This document shows positions 1 through 13,756 of a stretch of DNA of 64,000 nucleotides, in pieces. Every line of letters begins with the position of its first letter. Positions within the stretch are counted from its first letter, which is position 1. The notes under the pieces were generated by a model. It saw only the letters and a program-made list of their open reading frames with translations, made no database searches and was not told the DNA's origin. Location of the stretch: contig NW_027271449.1 of the NCBI RefSeq assembly GCF_040938485.1, positions 1,612,001 through 1,676,000 of the forward strand, given 5' to 3'. This DNA is from Diadema antillarum (taxonomy: Eukaryota). Made by a program: the position numbers and the translations under genes.

Positions 1-179
1 CAATTTTTCATGAAATAAAAAATAATCTTATTCTAAACTATATCGGGACTTGTAATATTTTCAAAATTTGATAGCATCATCTCTGTTGCTAGGTGTTTAT
101 CACAGACAAGGGAATGATAGCGTAAATGGTTTCCCGGTACATTATGTTTCGAGAATGTTGTCAGCGAGCGTCTTGGAAG

Positions 180-225
<46 letters not shown>

Positions 226-2799
226 AAAAACAGCTCTATCGATTCTTCCGTGCGGACGTTTTGAGGATACCATAGCATGCCACCTCATGCTGGGTGAACA
301 AACTTTTAGGGATGTTAGTCTATATTTAAGACCGAGTTCTTTTTCCACATTTTACACATGACAGCATCTACGCACACTATCTATGTGAATAACAACAGAA
401 TGTGTTTTTCTTGTCAATTTAGTAATTCATATCAGTAAAAGTAATTACTGAACTAACAAAAATTGGTTTAGGGACAATATTTAAGCATTCGTGTAGTGCG
501 GCGATGAAAATTGTGTACGCGTATGTACATCGCAGACTAACAAGGCCGTGCGTCATTCACGCGTGCGTAGCGTTTACTAGTATTACGCGAAGAAAGTTTG
601 CTGACCCCCTACTCAACTCTGGGTATGCATCGTAACCATACAACGTCTGACGATCGATGCGTCGAAGAATAATAATGTAAATGGCTGGCTGTGTATCTAA
701 AAAAGTCTGCTAAAAAACAATAGCATATCATAATATGTTTGCTTCGCGGGAACTCGCTGTTCTCACAGACCACAAAATACATTTAGCGCTGCTATTCATA
801 CCTCGGATTCAGTTCACGATTAATATAGGCGGATAGGAAAGTGAAAAAAAAAAAAACCAACTTGTTCATTCGTTGTATTCTAGATCCTCGCAAAGCCATA
901 CGGAGTTAGATTATTCCAATCCTGTAATATTCCACTAAGAAGGAAGCATTTTCCTTTCCCAGTTAGTCAAACATGTTATGATAAGACGATTTGTGTTCCA
1001 TGGGATATTTTATCACGGCTTCGACTGTGTGACCAATCATGAATCTTTCGCATTGTTTGTTTTGTTTTTTTCTCAACATCCTCATTAGTCAACTTTTAAT
1101 GTTTGATATAGCCCTACTCGTCTTTTTATCAATCTTAAATAGGACCTAAATGAAGTACATGTATAGCATTTTAGCGGTGGCTTTATGGCACGGCGGCATC
1201 ATCACTGGACAGATCAACAAAAAGTGATGCTTTCCTTCTTTTATTTTTGTCAGCTTATCTGAGCTATGTAACAATAAGTAAACATTTGTGTCTTTCTGTA
1301 AAAATGAAAATGTCGCACTTATTTCAAAGACAGAGAGGTCTGGGAGAGAGAAAAGAAAAAAAAATACACAGTGACATGCAAAAGAAACAGCGTAAATTCA
1401 CTTCGAAGTCCACGTACCATCCCACTATCCAGCTGTTCTTTTTTAATCATTTTCAAGTACTGTTTATAATTATGTAAACTGTTGAATAGGAAAAAAAAAT
1501 AAATCTACAAGACATCGTAAATGTGTGACTCCTCATGAAAATGTCATCTTTTATAGATGCGACGTACTACTGTGAAGTGTAGGATGCAATGGAAGATAAC
1601 TGGGTATGCCGAAGCGACGTTCATTCCCAAATGTTTCACGACCGGGAACACTTCTCCTTCTTTCGATTAAGTAAAGGCCATCAAGTGGTGGATCAGTGTG
1701 GCTTCCAATTGAAACACAGGAAAAACTTCCTGCTCTTTAAATTCACAGCGTTTATGCCGGTACCCTCGTATACAATGTGTGACTATTGCGTGACTGAGTG
1801 TTTACAACCCAGGCGCGCCCTGAGATACCTTGTGAATGCTAAAACATTTCATCATGTAACAGACAACAAAACAATTATTTTCGTAAATGCCTAGTCGGTC
1901 GGCCCTCATTTTTGCGGACAAATCTAAGCCGAGCTGATATTCTGTGCATGGTAAGCTGACATTCTTTAATTAGCCGAAGAGAAAAATATAAAAACCTCGG
2001 ATTTCCTTATCTTTTAACCAGCTTTCTCGCATGATGCCAAAAAGTGCTGTAGTAGATACATCCTACATATAATTTGGATCTAAAAAGGTCAACGCTACTA
2101 TAGTAGGAACTAAAATGTCTAATCTATCCTATACAGTAGGGCGCTACATATAAAAACAGTGCACCATCTGCATGTTTCGAGAAACACTTTTCATTTTTAA
2201 TTATTTGTGCGTGTACAAATAATGTAAGCCTATAAGTGACTGTCATGGCGCGATCATGTGAACATCAAGCAAGATCGTACAATTTGATTAGATTCTATGC
2301 ACTAAAAACCTTTAAAATCTTTAATTACCAATAGAGATGCATGTTTATGGGGCTCATCACATTCTTCACCAAAGTCATTTGAAGGCCTGAATTTGCAAAT
2401 GAGTGTGTTCTACAGGCCGAAATCGAAAGTAAGGTTAAGATATGAAAGTGGTGTGAGATATAAGCCCTACAAGTGGGGAAATCATGCTGGAAATTAGATG
2501 TAGGCCGTATGTATTTACTGTAATAAATTTATGAAATGCGTCGTCCTTCATACATGTCTAGGAATGTGAGACTAGGTACTATGGAGGCTCGCGCTTCCGC
2601 AGCAAGGTTATCTGCTGGGCTCTCAGAAAATAGAACGAGACAGTCCCGTGGTTCAACAAACTTTCCCCCCTTTCATTAATATTCAGTAGGCGCTCCTTAT
2701 ACAGTCTGGCAGCCTACAACACACACACACTCACGATGCATTGTGAATGTGTGTTGAATGGGATGCTTGGTACGAGATACTTTGCATCTCTCCAGCGAG

Positions 2800-2955
2800 C
2801 GGCTCACGTGAGGTATGATGACGTCACATGCCTTTCCCGACACGTAAATATTTCACGATGCATGTGTTGTGACGGCGGCGGATGGAATATAAATCAACCG
2901 CAGAGAGTGTGTGCAAATCTGAGCAATTTCTCCCTTTTGCTTTGACTGTTTGGTA
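2800..2955 (+). promoter_or_regulatory. Candidate Pol II promoter (E-box, CRE, TATA)
   Basis: TCACGTGA at 2804-2811, TGACGTCA at 2819-2826 and TATAAA at 2888-2893 in a locally CpG-rich stretch; possible donor TTG|gtaaat near 2951. Confidence 0.35.
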
Positions 2956-3613
2956 AATGGGAGATGTCATTATGACACAACTTGTATTCTAGTACTTCTT
3001 GAGCTTTTATTTGTTTGTCTTATTCACCTTAGATTATAGAAGCTCGTCATCAGATGTATACATGCTCCAAAATTACTACCTTTTTTATCAGATAAATATG
3101 ATAATCATTTTGCCCCCAGTAATGCTGGTAGTAAAACTAGAGGTTATATAAAGGAACTAATTCAGTATCTTCAATTGGGTGATACATAAAGCTCTGAAGA
3201 AATGACATCTACCATCCTCATTTAGAGTACTTACCCTCTGTCAAATGCATTTTTCTTTTTTTTCTTTTTTATTTTAGTACGTCATACTAATAAATATGCC
3301 AAACACTAACCCACGTACACACACAATTAGCAAACTTGTGTCCTTCCTAAGCCAGGTGTTCAGTTTTGCCTTTGTTTTTTACTAATGCCTTGTAAGTTGT
3401 ATCAGTAACCTCCAAGCAGGTACCAGTAGCCTGAAAGAAGGTTCATGTCGCTACAGTGCAACCTGTCTGTAGCGGCCACCCACGGAAGACGACAAAAAGT
3501 GCGTAGCCATTATATTCAGATGTCCGCTATTGACGGGGTATTTCATATGACTTTTCTCCGGCGGGAATTGTTCTGTATGCGGCATGTGGCCACTAAGGCA
3601 GGTTTGGCAGTAC

Positions 3614-3916
3614 CAGGGACTCCAACCCCAAGCACCTTCTGATCCGGAGATTCTCCCGCCCGAAACCCCTAGCAAACGGGAGACTCCAAGTTGATGTGTG
3701 CGAAGCGCGAAGTTCCTAGGGTTCTAGATGCTCTCTGGTGCTATCTAAGGCTTATTTTTTCAACTTACGATAGCAATAAGTAAGAAATCCTTTCCACCGG
3801 GAGACACAGTGCCAGGGCGGGAGAAATCAAATCTCAAGCGGGAGAACGGGAGATTTAAAAAAAATGGGGTTTCGGCGGGAGATCTCCCGTCGAAAACGGG
3901 AGAGTTGGAGTCTCTG
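3614..3916 (+). mobile_element. MITE with CAG...CTG termini and 6-bp TSD, copy 1
   Basis: TIR CAG(G/A)GACTCCAAC, many internal CGGGAG motifs, TSD CAGTAC at 3608-3613 and 3917-3922. Confidence 0.88.
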
Positions 3917-5342
3917 CAGTACTTGCTAACACTAAAGGAGCCACAAGATGGTATGGGAAACGTTTCTCAACATCATTATTCATGTTTCCCTGCAAATAAA
4001 ATTTGAGCTCGTATATGGACAATGATTATCATCACTGTTATGTTGTCAGTCAAAAGCAAACAAAGAAACAAACGAATACACAAACCATGACAAACAACAC
4101 TAAACAAATTTCTTAAAGGACTGTGGACTCCATTTTGTGAATGCACTTAACTGTAGGAAAATTTGATAAAGCTGCTATAATGTTGTCTTCTGGAAATTCC
4201 CGTAAGTAAAATTAGCACGCAGTTGTTCTTTGTTGAAGTATGTCTTGTAGCATTTTTCATTGTGTTATGATTGTACTTTGTTGAATTACATCTCTCAGCA
4301 TGGTGTGTTGTATGATGAAAATCATCTCGTAATCCGGTCACACATGTAACAAGGTCAAGGACGATTGTGGAGCAACACCATATCCACTTGGAATGAAAAC
4401 TGGATGACAGGAACTTCAGATCCACTCACATTTTTAATTCATTTCAGCAGTCTATATCTGAAGAGCGAAAATAGAGTGGTATGAAGAAATTCTATTGTAG
4501 GGTGGCTACGTAAAAAAGTGGAGATTAAGTTACATTAGTTCATACAAGACTATGCGATGAGCAAGAATGTGATATAGTACCAGTCTCCTTCCACACAGAT
4601 TGGTCCAACACAACAAAGGATCTTGGACCTAACTTTAAAAACCTTGGTTTGCCATGTACTCCCAGATTCCCATGTGAGGGCAAACTAATTTAACACATAA
4701 AAATCTGGGTTGCCTCTTCAAATAAACAACACGAAATCGTATGTTGGTGAAAGATTAGATGGAAGTGCTCTATGAACTCAGGAGAAATGTCAGAAATTTG
4801 CCACTGTGTGACACACAAATGTCAAATTCAGTCTTCAAGTGTAGCCAATCCAAGGATCATTTATAGAGATGGTGATTTAGAGGCCTTTGATGATTACTAC
4901 AACCAAAATAAGCATATAATGGTACAGGTATATGAACAAGATAGGGTTCAAACTCAGATAAATTATTCATTTTAGCAATGAAAGATTAAACGTATTAGAA
5001 AATACAACATCAGAACACGTATGTAGTTTCTGTGACTTTATGAGTTTGGTATATCAATAGTAGATGAAATCTAACTTCGAAATTAATCATCAAACAAGGG
5101 TCATTGTGGGGGTTGGGGATTGATTACACATAGCATGAGACAAAACAGACTTGGTATACAAGGATATGGATAAAAGCTACATCGAGGTCACATGAATGGT
5201 ATATAGTTACAGATAAATTGACTTCCAGATGTCATGGGATATATAGTGTAACATGATATCTTTATACCGAGTATGAGCCAGGTGATACAGACATACTGGG
5301 AACTCTTGGCACTGTGCCAGAGCACGATGGTTTGTTGTACAG

Positions 5343-6309
5343 TACAGTAGGACCTTGATTATCCGGCCACGATTATCCGACCGGTAGGTGTCCAGATAAT
5401 CGATTTGGCTGGATAAGAGAGATATGCTAAAATACAGCACTTTCTAGCATATCATGGTGGGGTATATATACACATGTTATTGCTAATTCACTAATATTAT
5501 GATAATCTGCATGGCATTGTCATGTTTCATACTCCACAAGTTGATAGGGAAACAAAATGAAATATAAGTAAAATATCCCTTCATTAACGTTCATTTGATT
5601 GATATTGACTGACAATGGCACCGATATTGTGACTCTTCGAATACTGCTGCTGCATTGCACTGTAACCAGTGCTGTGCACTTGGTGCCAGTGACAAGTGTG
5701 ACGCCAGTCATGGACATCGTGTCACATAGTGGCTTAAAGGGAGTGCATAGTTTTATTGAGACCTAACTTCCGGTTTCTAATATTTTTTGGTGAGATAATG
5801 AGAAACCTCTGATGAAACATGAGAGAGCATGTAATTCCAAAAGATATTCAACTTTAATTTGATGAATTTTTTTGTTAAATTACTGAGATATCAAAAAAGA
5901 GCATTTCTAATAAAAGGTGGTACCCATCTTTTAACAGGATCATTTTGTTTTTCTTTGTTTTTGGATGTCTCAGCGATTCCAAAACCAATTTTCATTTAAT
6001 AAACTTTGAATTCCTCTGAAAATGGTATGTTCTGTACTATTTCTTAAGTGTTTTCTTGGTATCTCGCAAAAAGTTAAAAGCCCAATTCTCATCTCCACCA
6101 ATACTATACCACCCCTTTTTAAATACTACAATCTACTGCGATGATTGGTATAAGTCCCGTCATGTATTCACATGATAATGGTTGAACATTTGTTTTGCTT
6201 TGAGTGAGATTTGTCACTGAAAATACATGAATACACTGTATATTAAAATGAATGTCAGCAAGTCGGCATCCGGACAACAGAGAATCCGGATAATCGAGGT
6301 CCTACTGTA
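5343..6309. mobile_element. Tc1/mariner-type MITE (TA TSD) containing a nested TTAA MITE
   Basis: TA|CAGTAGGACCTTGATTATCCGG ... CCGGATAATCGAGGTCCTACTG|TA; related copy at 31727-32109. Confidence 0.75.
5734..6122. mobile_element. Kolobok-type MITE (TTAA TSD, AGGG...CCCT ends), family A copy 1
   Basis: TTAA|AGGG ... CCCTTT|TTAA; homologous to 17036-17425 and 34327-34729. Confidence 0.75.
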
Positions 6310-7664
6310 CATAGCTGCAGCAGACAAGATTGGGATGCCACAGACAGTGCAAGGTGACGTTCTCAGGCATAACATGGAAAATGGTCACATGACTCGTATC
6401 AGCTTGCCTTCAAGGTGTTTTCCTTTCCTTTATCAATGAATGCCCTCTGTGCACATGACAATGATATTGCCAGTACTGTCTCATTGACGGTAATGATATA
6501 CTCTCCCTAGTTGGTTCCATGTCAGAAGTGTTATAGGTATACATGCACAGGAAGAAAAATGTATGTTATAAAATGTTCTCCCCTTTACTGAAGTTATCAA
6601 AACATCAATGTTTCTCAGTGACAATATTGGCAACAGCATATATGCCTGAAGTTGAGATTAACAGTATCAAGAGTTAGAAACAAATGATAGTTTGAATGAA
6701 AGATAAAAATTGTAGTGGTCTTTATAGCTTGAAGGATTCAACTTGTCCTCTTTCAATTTATGCCCATGCTCAAAATGAAATTTAGAGATTTATGATCATT
6801 CAGATTTCTGTACAGATGGTTTGGAGACTTGTTTGGTTATGACATCATCTCATCCCACTCTAAATTTCCAAAACTTTCTTATTTTGTGTTCAACTTTGAT
6901 GAAGTCTATACCACTCTTTTAGCAGGATGCCACTTTATGTATTGAAGTCAATATCATATGAGAAAATATTGTACAAACCTCTTGTTTTGTAAAGCTTCTT
7001 CTGTCTATTTCTATACAGAGCAAACAGAATTACGATAAAATTCAACCATTCCACTGACATTTCTAAAACTATGTAATATTGCTGGAGTGGCACATTGTAA
7101 TCTTATTGTTCTGCAAAGTGTATTATACCATTTGTATTTATTGCACAAACATTCCAATATGAATTGATATAAACAGTGAAGTTTGGCTTATCATAGTTTA
7201 GCAATTCGTAGCTGTGTAGAATAATATCTGTAAAGCCTCATATACAATGAAACAAATTGTGTTCTAAATCTAGATTTACAGCACTGTAAACCCATTTTGT
7301 GCATTATTAAAGGAGATTCACAACAAAACTGCTAGACTACAATCACAACCCCATCTCACTGACAAAAGTGCAGCCATCTTGCAATACACAGGTTTATGTA
7401 TGCTTTGCTAGATCTGCAACAACTATACTGTGTGGGCTCAAAAAACTTCATAGACGGATATAGACGTGTTAACACACGTTCCAAATGTACCCCTCATTAC
7501 AACTGGTGTGTGCTGCATTATCACGCATGCATTATCTGTACCAGCAACTTTTCTGCCAATAAGACAGGACAGGTCTGCACTGATAAAGACTTCATATGCT
7601 GCAATGCCATTTGTTCGAGAGACACACTGAAATAAGGAAAAAGAGATTTAGGAAGCAGTCAGCC

Positions 7665-7666
7665 CA

Positions 7667-7724
<58 letters not shown>
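7665..7724. repeat. (GT)n(AT)n compound microsatellite
   Basis: Direct reading. Confidence 0.95.
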
Positions 7725-7726
<2 letters not shown>

Positions 7727-10078
7727 AAAAGGTTGAAAATTAAAAACAACAACAAAACAATACCACGTTTAATTCCATCTATTTCAAGATGAAAATATTG
7801 GAGTGCTAACAAGGTATAACTGTATCTAAACCATGGCATTAGAGAATTGCATGATTGGTAAATGGCATCAACTGAATCCTCACACTTGGCTCGGGGTAAT
7901 CTAATGGTAAACTGTGAGAGTCGACCACGCAAAATATTCATGATATCTCCATGGCAACATGCACCACTAATCTCAGCATAAATGTATGTTTTGTGAGAAA
8001 TATCAAAAGTCATTGGTTTTCCATGATGCTTTTCATTCTTTCAAGATTATTGAACAGTAGCAAGCATGCAGAAAGATGATAAATGCAATGCATATCACCT
8101 TTGCATAAATTCTGACATTCAGACCCTCCTTATAAAAAACAAAAGTCTTGGAGAAGCTACAGTAATAGAAGCAACGCACAGTGTAAGATAATCTTTCCTT
8201 ATCTATACAGATTACTAAGTACATGTTTGAGGAAAAAAAAATGGAACCGTGCGACAGAATGGTGGCTCAAACTAGCAAGACGTGCGAATGCTGAAACATG
8301 TGTAAGTCTTTGATGGCTGAAAAGGATATAACTAAAGTGGTGAATACATTAAAATGATGTAAGTCAGTATAACTTGTCATATTCATAAAGTTTTAAAAAT
8401 TGGTCTCTCTTATATTATTGTAAGTTGACTATGAGATGTACCAGGCATTTTTTCATTTAATAGAGGTCAGAAACAAGCAATAGTCAGCAATTGATATCAA
8501 AATCATTGAACCAGGCACATTGTACCAAAAGAAGAAGAAGAAGAAGAAGAAAAGGAAGAATAATAAAGGCATTGAGACAAAGTGAAAGAAATAAAATCAA
8601 GCAAGAGTTTAGTTGCCCCATTGCATGCTCCAATCATTTGGTTGATTGAGACAAAATTTTGTAAAACTGCAAGACTTCACCTTAGGGCTAAAAAAATAGT
8701 CCAAGACTGATTTATTAAAAATGTAAAATTTGTAGATATTGGAAGTTACTCTGTGCCTGGAAGTTCACTCTGGTCAAAGGTTCGTAAATTGTGTGATAAT
8801 GAGGTGAATAGTTTCCTCTCGAAAACTGAAACCAAAAACTCCCACTACACGTCTGCATGACTCTTCCGTTCAAGACCTTGGAAGATATATTTAGCCTTAG
8901 CCTTGCCTGGCTATGCTTGCTGGTACATGGAGAAAAAAGCTACATGAATAATTGGTGTCTGTGAATAGCTTCCTAATTAGGCCTATATCTGGCACGTAGC
9001 AGAGGCATTGTGGTTTTACACCACATCCAATTCTTGCAACAAAAACTTCCTGCATTGTCCACACTGGCAGCTCTTGCTTGTTTTATTTCCAGCTATAAAA
9101 AAAAAGGGGGGGGGGGGAGTGAAAAATACTCACACCCAGCATGTCCTGCATTAAAAGCATTACTTACCAATTGCAGATGAAACAAAAATATAGTTCTAAA
9201 ATGTGAATTAGGGATAGAAACAACCAATGTAAAAATGTTAATCAATGTGAAGTATTGTTGAATATAGAAAATGTGGACAATATAGTTACAATAAAATTGT
9301 TTTAAGAAATAAATCGTCTACAATTATGGTTCATTGAGAAAAATAGTGATATCTCCTTGTATTTAAGGCTTCCTTGCAATATCTTTATATGGTATGATGT
9401 TTTGTGATACAACTGATATACACATATGCATCAAATGTAATAATCCAAATAGTGGTAATTAAACAGTACCATCAATGATAACTACAAGTTATCTTCTCAC
9501 AAAAGAAAAAACTGAAAATTACCCTGAAGTTTTTTTATCTTCCTATGAGAGATATTTTGATTGGAGATTTCACACAAACTCAACATTTACACTTTCATTT
9601 CATTGTTACTGCATGTGGATCGTGACGTGAACATGGAACTATATACAGTGCAGTTCCATGGTGTGAACAAACGAGGGTGCAAACTTTATGGGGGAGGGGC
9701 AAGGTAGACTGGTTTGACCCCTTTCTGCATTCATAACTGGTTCAAGTAATATTCACAGTATGATTACACAGCTGCAGTGCTCCACTATACAGATCAATGG
9801 CATGAGGTCAAGGAGCTGTGCTTGGCAGGGCATGAGGACATACAATCCAGGTTGGGGGGGGGGGGGGGGAGGAATTCAGGAAGTATATAGACATGTGATA
9901 GCTGTTGATGCAGCTGATTATTTTCTCACACAATATTGATCATCTCTCATACACATATAACACTGACTTCCTGTTGAACATATGGTATATTATTTTATTG
10001 CCATCACAGTGCTATCTATGCTGCTGCACCGCTTTCCTGGCTCCTCAAGACCAAAGAGAAAGAGAGGTGTTTTGATTT

Positions 10079-10683
10079 GAAGAAGAAATTTGTGCCAGTA
10101 AAAAGTTAGTCTAAAAAGAAAGAGTAAAATTTTCTAATCAAAATAAATGAAAATATGATCAAAATCAAAATAAAGTTTTGAAATTGTTAAGTTTTGCAAA
10201 TTTTTACAAAACAGTTCTTGAGCAGTCGACAATAACATGCAACTAGTAGTGAATTGATGATGTCACCCCCTCACAACTTACCAATACCATGCCATTTGTA
10301 CATAAAATTAGGCAATTTCCTTTTCTTTTTTGTTCAAATGCAATTATGCCCTGGTCTACAATCCTGATATATATGAGTGCTCATTATTTCAGTTATTAAA
10401 ACCATAAATAACATCATATTTAGCACTTTCATAGCAGATAATAATTTGTCAAATTTTTGCATCAACAATTACTTGAAAATTTAAAGGAGACGACATCATC
10501 AGCTCACTCATTTACATATTCATATAGTACTGTTCGAGAATTGTTTTGCAAAAATTAGCGAATCTCTGAAATTTTGTAACTTCCTTAAATCTGATGTATA
10601 CGAGATTTTCACTGCCTATATGTCATATATTTTACCCTTTCTTGTTAAAAACTATCCTTTATCTGGACTGGATTCCCCTGTAA
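10079..10683. mobile_element. Degenerate Kolobok-type MITE (left boundary approximate)
   Basis: Ends in GGATTCCCCTGTAA (decayed CCCT|TTAA); internal GATGATGTCACCC / GACATCATCAGCTCAC symmetry. Confidence 0.45.
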
Positions 10684-10764
10684 CCTGTATAAAGATAGTG
10701 GCTTCAGTTACAGCGCAGGACACTGATATGATCCCCACTGCCATCACCGTTCCATGCTCATACT

Positions 10765-10793
10765 TGCAAAACAAGTTCAACAAGATCTGGATG

Positions 10794-10854
<61 letters not shown>

Positions 10855-10915
10855 GGTGGACATGACAACCAGGCAATGCCTCCAAGACCCTTTGGGACAG
10901 AGGTACAGATAAAAC
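10765..10915 (+). mobile_element. 3' remnant of a HINE/Helentron-like element with (GACA)n
   Basis: (GACA)n array followed by a short CCTC...GAGG stem-loop and an A-rich end. Confidence 0.45.
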
Positions 10916-10948
10916 TACAATCACTACAATGTTGTGTGATATTCAACT

Positions 10949-11505
10949 TTAAAGGACAAATCCATCTTCATATACATGTGGATTGAGTGAATGCAGCAAT
11001 GTTTGTAGAACACATCAGTGAAAGTTTGGGGAAAATCGGACAATCCCTTCAAAAGTTATGAATTTTTAAAGTATCGGCACAGTCACTGCTGGATGAGAAG
11101 ACTACTAGAGTGTATGATGTCACATGCGTACAATGATATAAATAGGAAAATATAAAGAGAATTTCACGAAATTGTACTTTTTTAAAAAGGTGCACATTTC
11201 CTTGACTCATCACTGACGTAACCTTCCCCTTTGCCTTCTGAAAGAGGGAAGTCAAGTGTTCCTTTGTTATGCGATAAAAGTGAAAATATGTTGAATTTTC
11301 TTTATACTTTATTTATATCATTGTATACATGTGACATCACAAGCGATAGTAGACTTCTCATCCCGCCGCAACTGAGCAGAAACTCCAAAAATTCATAACT
11401 GTTGAATAGATTGTCCGATTTTCTTCAAACCCTCATTGAATTGTTCTACTAATATTTCTGCATTTACTCAACCCACATATCTATGAAGGTGAACTCGTCC
11501 TTTAA
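10949..11505. mobile_element. Kolobok-type MITE family B
   Basis: TTAA|AGGAC ... GTCCT|TTAA; subterminal inverted blocks (AAAGTTATGAATTTT / AAAATTCATAACT). Confidence 0.75.
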
Positions 11506-12806
11506 TACTGAGTATGCTGCAGTCAATGCTGCGATGTGAAAATGCACTGTGCTGTATATTTGCTCATTGTCTGGCCCCATAAAAATACGGTCAAAAGCCA
11601 CTCAATTCACTGTTCCAGCAGCCATTTGTTTGGTCACAAAGTGAAAGAGCAGCAATGTAAGAGAAGATGACACAGGAAGCATCAGAAAATACTTGAGTAC
11701 AACACAAACACAAAAAGGAAAAAGAAAAGAAAAAGGGAGCCAACTTCAGACTTTATTGATATCTATATGTGCTCTTAACACTTTCAGCCGCCTGATATGT
11801 TGCCAGTTGGGGCCCCCCCACATCTTAGTGGGTTGCCTTGGTAACGCAATGATGCCCTTCAATGGGGGACAAGGACATCCGACCAAGGAGGGAAGTCTGC
11901 TATGAAATGTGAGTCACAAGACCCACAGGATGTTGGGGGGGGGGGGGGGGTGTATAGATGAACCTGACCTTAAGGCCATCAGACGTCTTATGTAGGCCTA
12001 CTGTGGATATGATGAACATTTTGCAAGTACCAGGTCTGACATTTCAGCAGTTCAGGACATGAGATCTCATAAGCATTATCCCTCTTCAAGAAGGAAAGTT
12101 TAGCAAATTCTCAATTTGGAGACAGTAAATATTGTTATTTGTAAAATGGAGGGGGGGGGGGCAATATTTGTGTGCATTGATTTGATTTCACTATACATGC
12201 AAGTCCACTTACAAAATTTGTCAACTAAATGGGATATTCCCCAATGAAAAGGATGTAATGAAATACATTTCTACTTGTAATATTGACTTGATGCCATTTT
12301 CCTTTCTCTCTCTCTCTCTCTCTCACTTGATTTCTGACTGACATTGGCAAAGTGACAAGTCATTTCTAAAACAATGTGGTACAGTGTATTGAGAAAAAAT
12401 GTAAAAACAAAATGAAACTGGCAATGTGCTGCGATGGTGTGGAACTGAAAACTGAAACTTGCCAATTCTTTACACCAGCTTTAGGCAAAATACCATGACA
12501 CACTAGAAATACAATTGTGCAAGAAAATAGCTGCATTCCTTTTCACTCTTACGATGGTAAACCCATAGGCAGTGATAGACTTACTAATCAGTCATGAAAA
12601 AGACAGGAAATATGATGGTCAGTGACTATACAACACACTACAAGTATGGTTGTTGGTACAGTAACCCCACAGTGTAAATTGGCACATTATCATACTACCA
12701 GCAGGGGCGGATCCATGAATTTCGTAAAGGGGAGGCGGCTCTACAAAATTGAATAGGGGCGCATGCACCCCCATTTTTTCTTTTTATTTCTTTTGTTTTA
12801 ACCAAA

Positions 12807-13756
12807 AACAAGGAAAAGCAGAAATTACGCGGTGCGTAATATATGTCCCCGCCGGAAGTAGTATTTTTTTGTAGCAAATGTACAATACAGGTCAAAAATC
12901 AAGGTCAAAGGTCAAAGAAGTCAAAGATCAAAATTCTGTGTACAAATTTTGAAGCCCTCACCTAGTGCCATCACATAAAGCAAACGGAATCGAAATCGGG
13001 TTAGAAATGGCGAAGGAGTAGCATTTTGTAGCCATGCAATGTACAATATAGGTCAAAAATCAAGGTCAAAGGTCAAAGAAGTCAAAGGTCAAAATTCTGT
13101 GTAGAAGTTTTGAAGCCCTCAACTAGTGCCATCACATAAAGCAAACGGAATCGAAATCGGGTTAGAAATGGCGAAGGAGTAGCATTTTGTAGCAAAATGT
13201 ACAATACAGGTCAAAAATCAAGGTCAAAGGTCAAAGAAGTCAAAGGTCAAAATTCTGTGTACAAGTTTTGAAGCCCTCACCTAGTGCCATCACATAAAGC
13301 AAACGGAATCGAAATCGGGTTAGAAATGGCAAAGGAGTAGCATTTTGTAGCCATGCAATGTACAATATAGGTCAAAAATCAAGTCAAAGGTCAAAGAAGT
13401 CAAAGGTCAAAATTCTGTGAAGAAGTTTTGAAGCCCTCAACTAGTGCCATCACATAAAGCAAACGGAATTGAAATCGGGTTAGAAATGGCGAAGGAGTAG
13501 CATTTTGTAGCAAAATGTAAAATATAGGTCAAAGGTCAAGGTCAAAGGTCACAGCTGAAATTCTGTGTAGAAGTTTCAAAGCTCCCATGTAGTGCTCTCA
13601 TATAAAGCAAACAGAATCAAAATCGGCTCATAAATGACAGAGAAGTAGCAAATTGAACATTTTGATCACACACGGACGCACACACGGACACACGGACACA
13701 CACACGTACGGAGCCCGTTTCATAGTCCCCTGGTCGAACTCGTTCGGCGGGGACAA
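12807..13756 (+). mobile_element. Non-autonomous Helentron-like (HINE/pearl-type) element with an internal satellite
   Basis: Absent from the empty MITE copy; inserted in an A-run. Subterminal inverted pair TGTCCCCGCCG / CGGCGGGGACA, (CACACGGA)n microsatellite and a 3' GTCCCC...GGGGAC stem-loop. Confidence 0.7.
12881..13560 (+). repeat. Tandem repeat, 4 full units of 157-161 bp plus a partial fifth unit
   Basis: Unit starts at 12881, 13042, 13200, 13361 and 13518. Confidence 0.95.

Noticed and set aside
33-361. ORFs with ERERE/SLSLS runs (also 7648, 10620, 15383, 30115, 34726, 43038)
   Set aside because: They are translations of microsatellites with no domain content.
1540-1870. Coding-like stretch (minus-strand EVFPV repeated; plus-strand 101-aa ORF)
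   Set aside because: It has stops in the suggestive frames and matches no family I can name.
7542-7626. Exon-like 85-nt segment on the minus strand (ttatttcag|...GCTG|gtacag)
   Set aside because: The splice signals are plausible, but there is no recognisable protein and no partner exons were found.
12881-13560. Regularly spaced repeats as a CRISPR array
   Set aside because: The whole ~160-bp unit repeats with no unique spacers, and the context is eukaryotic; it is a satellite inside a TE.
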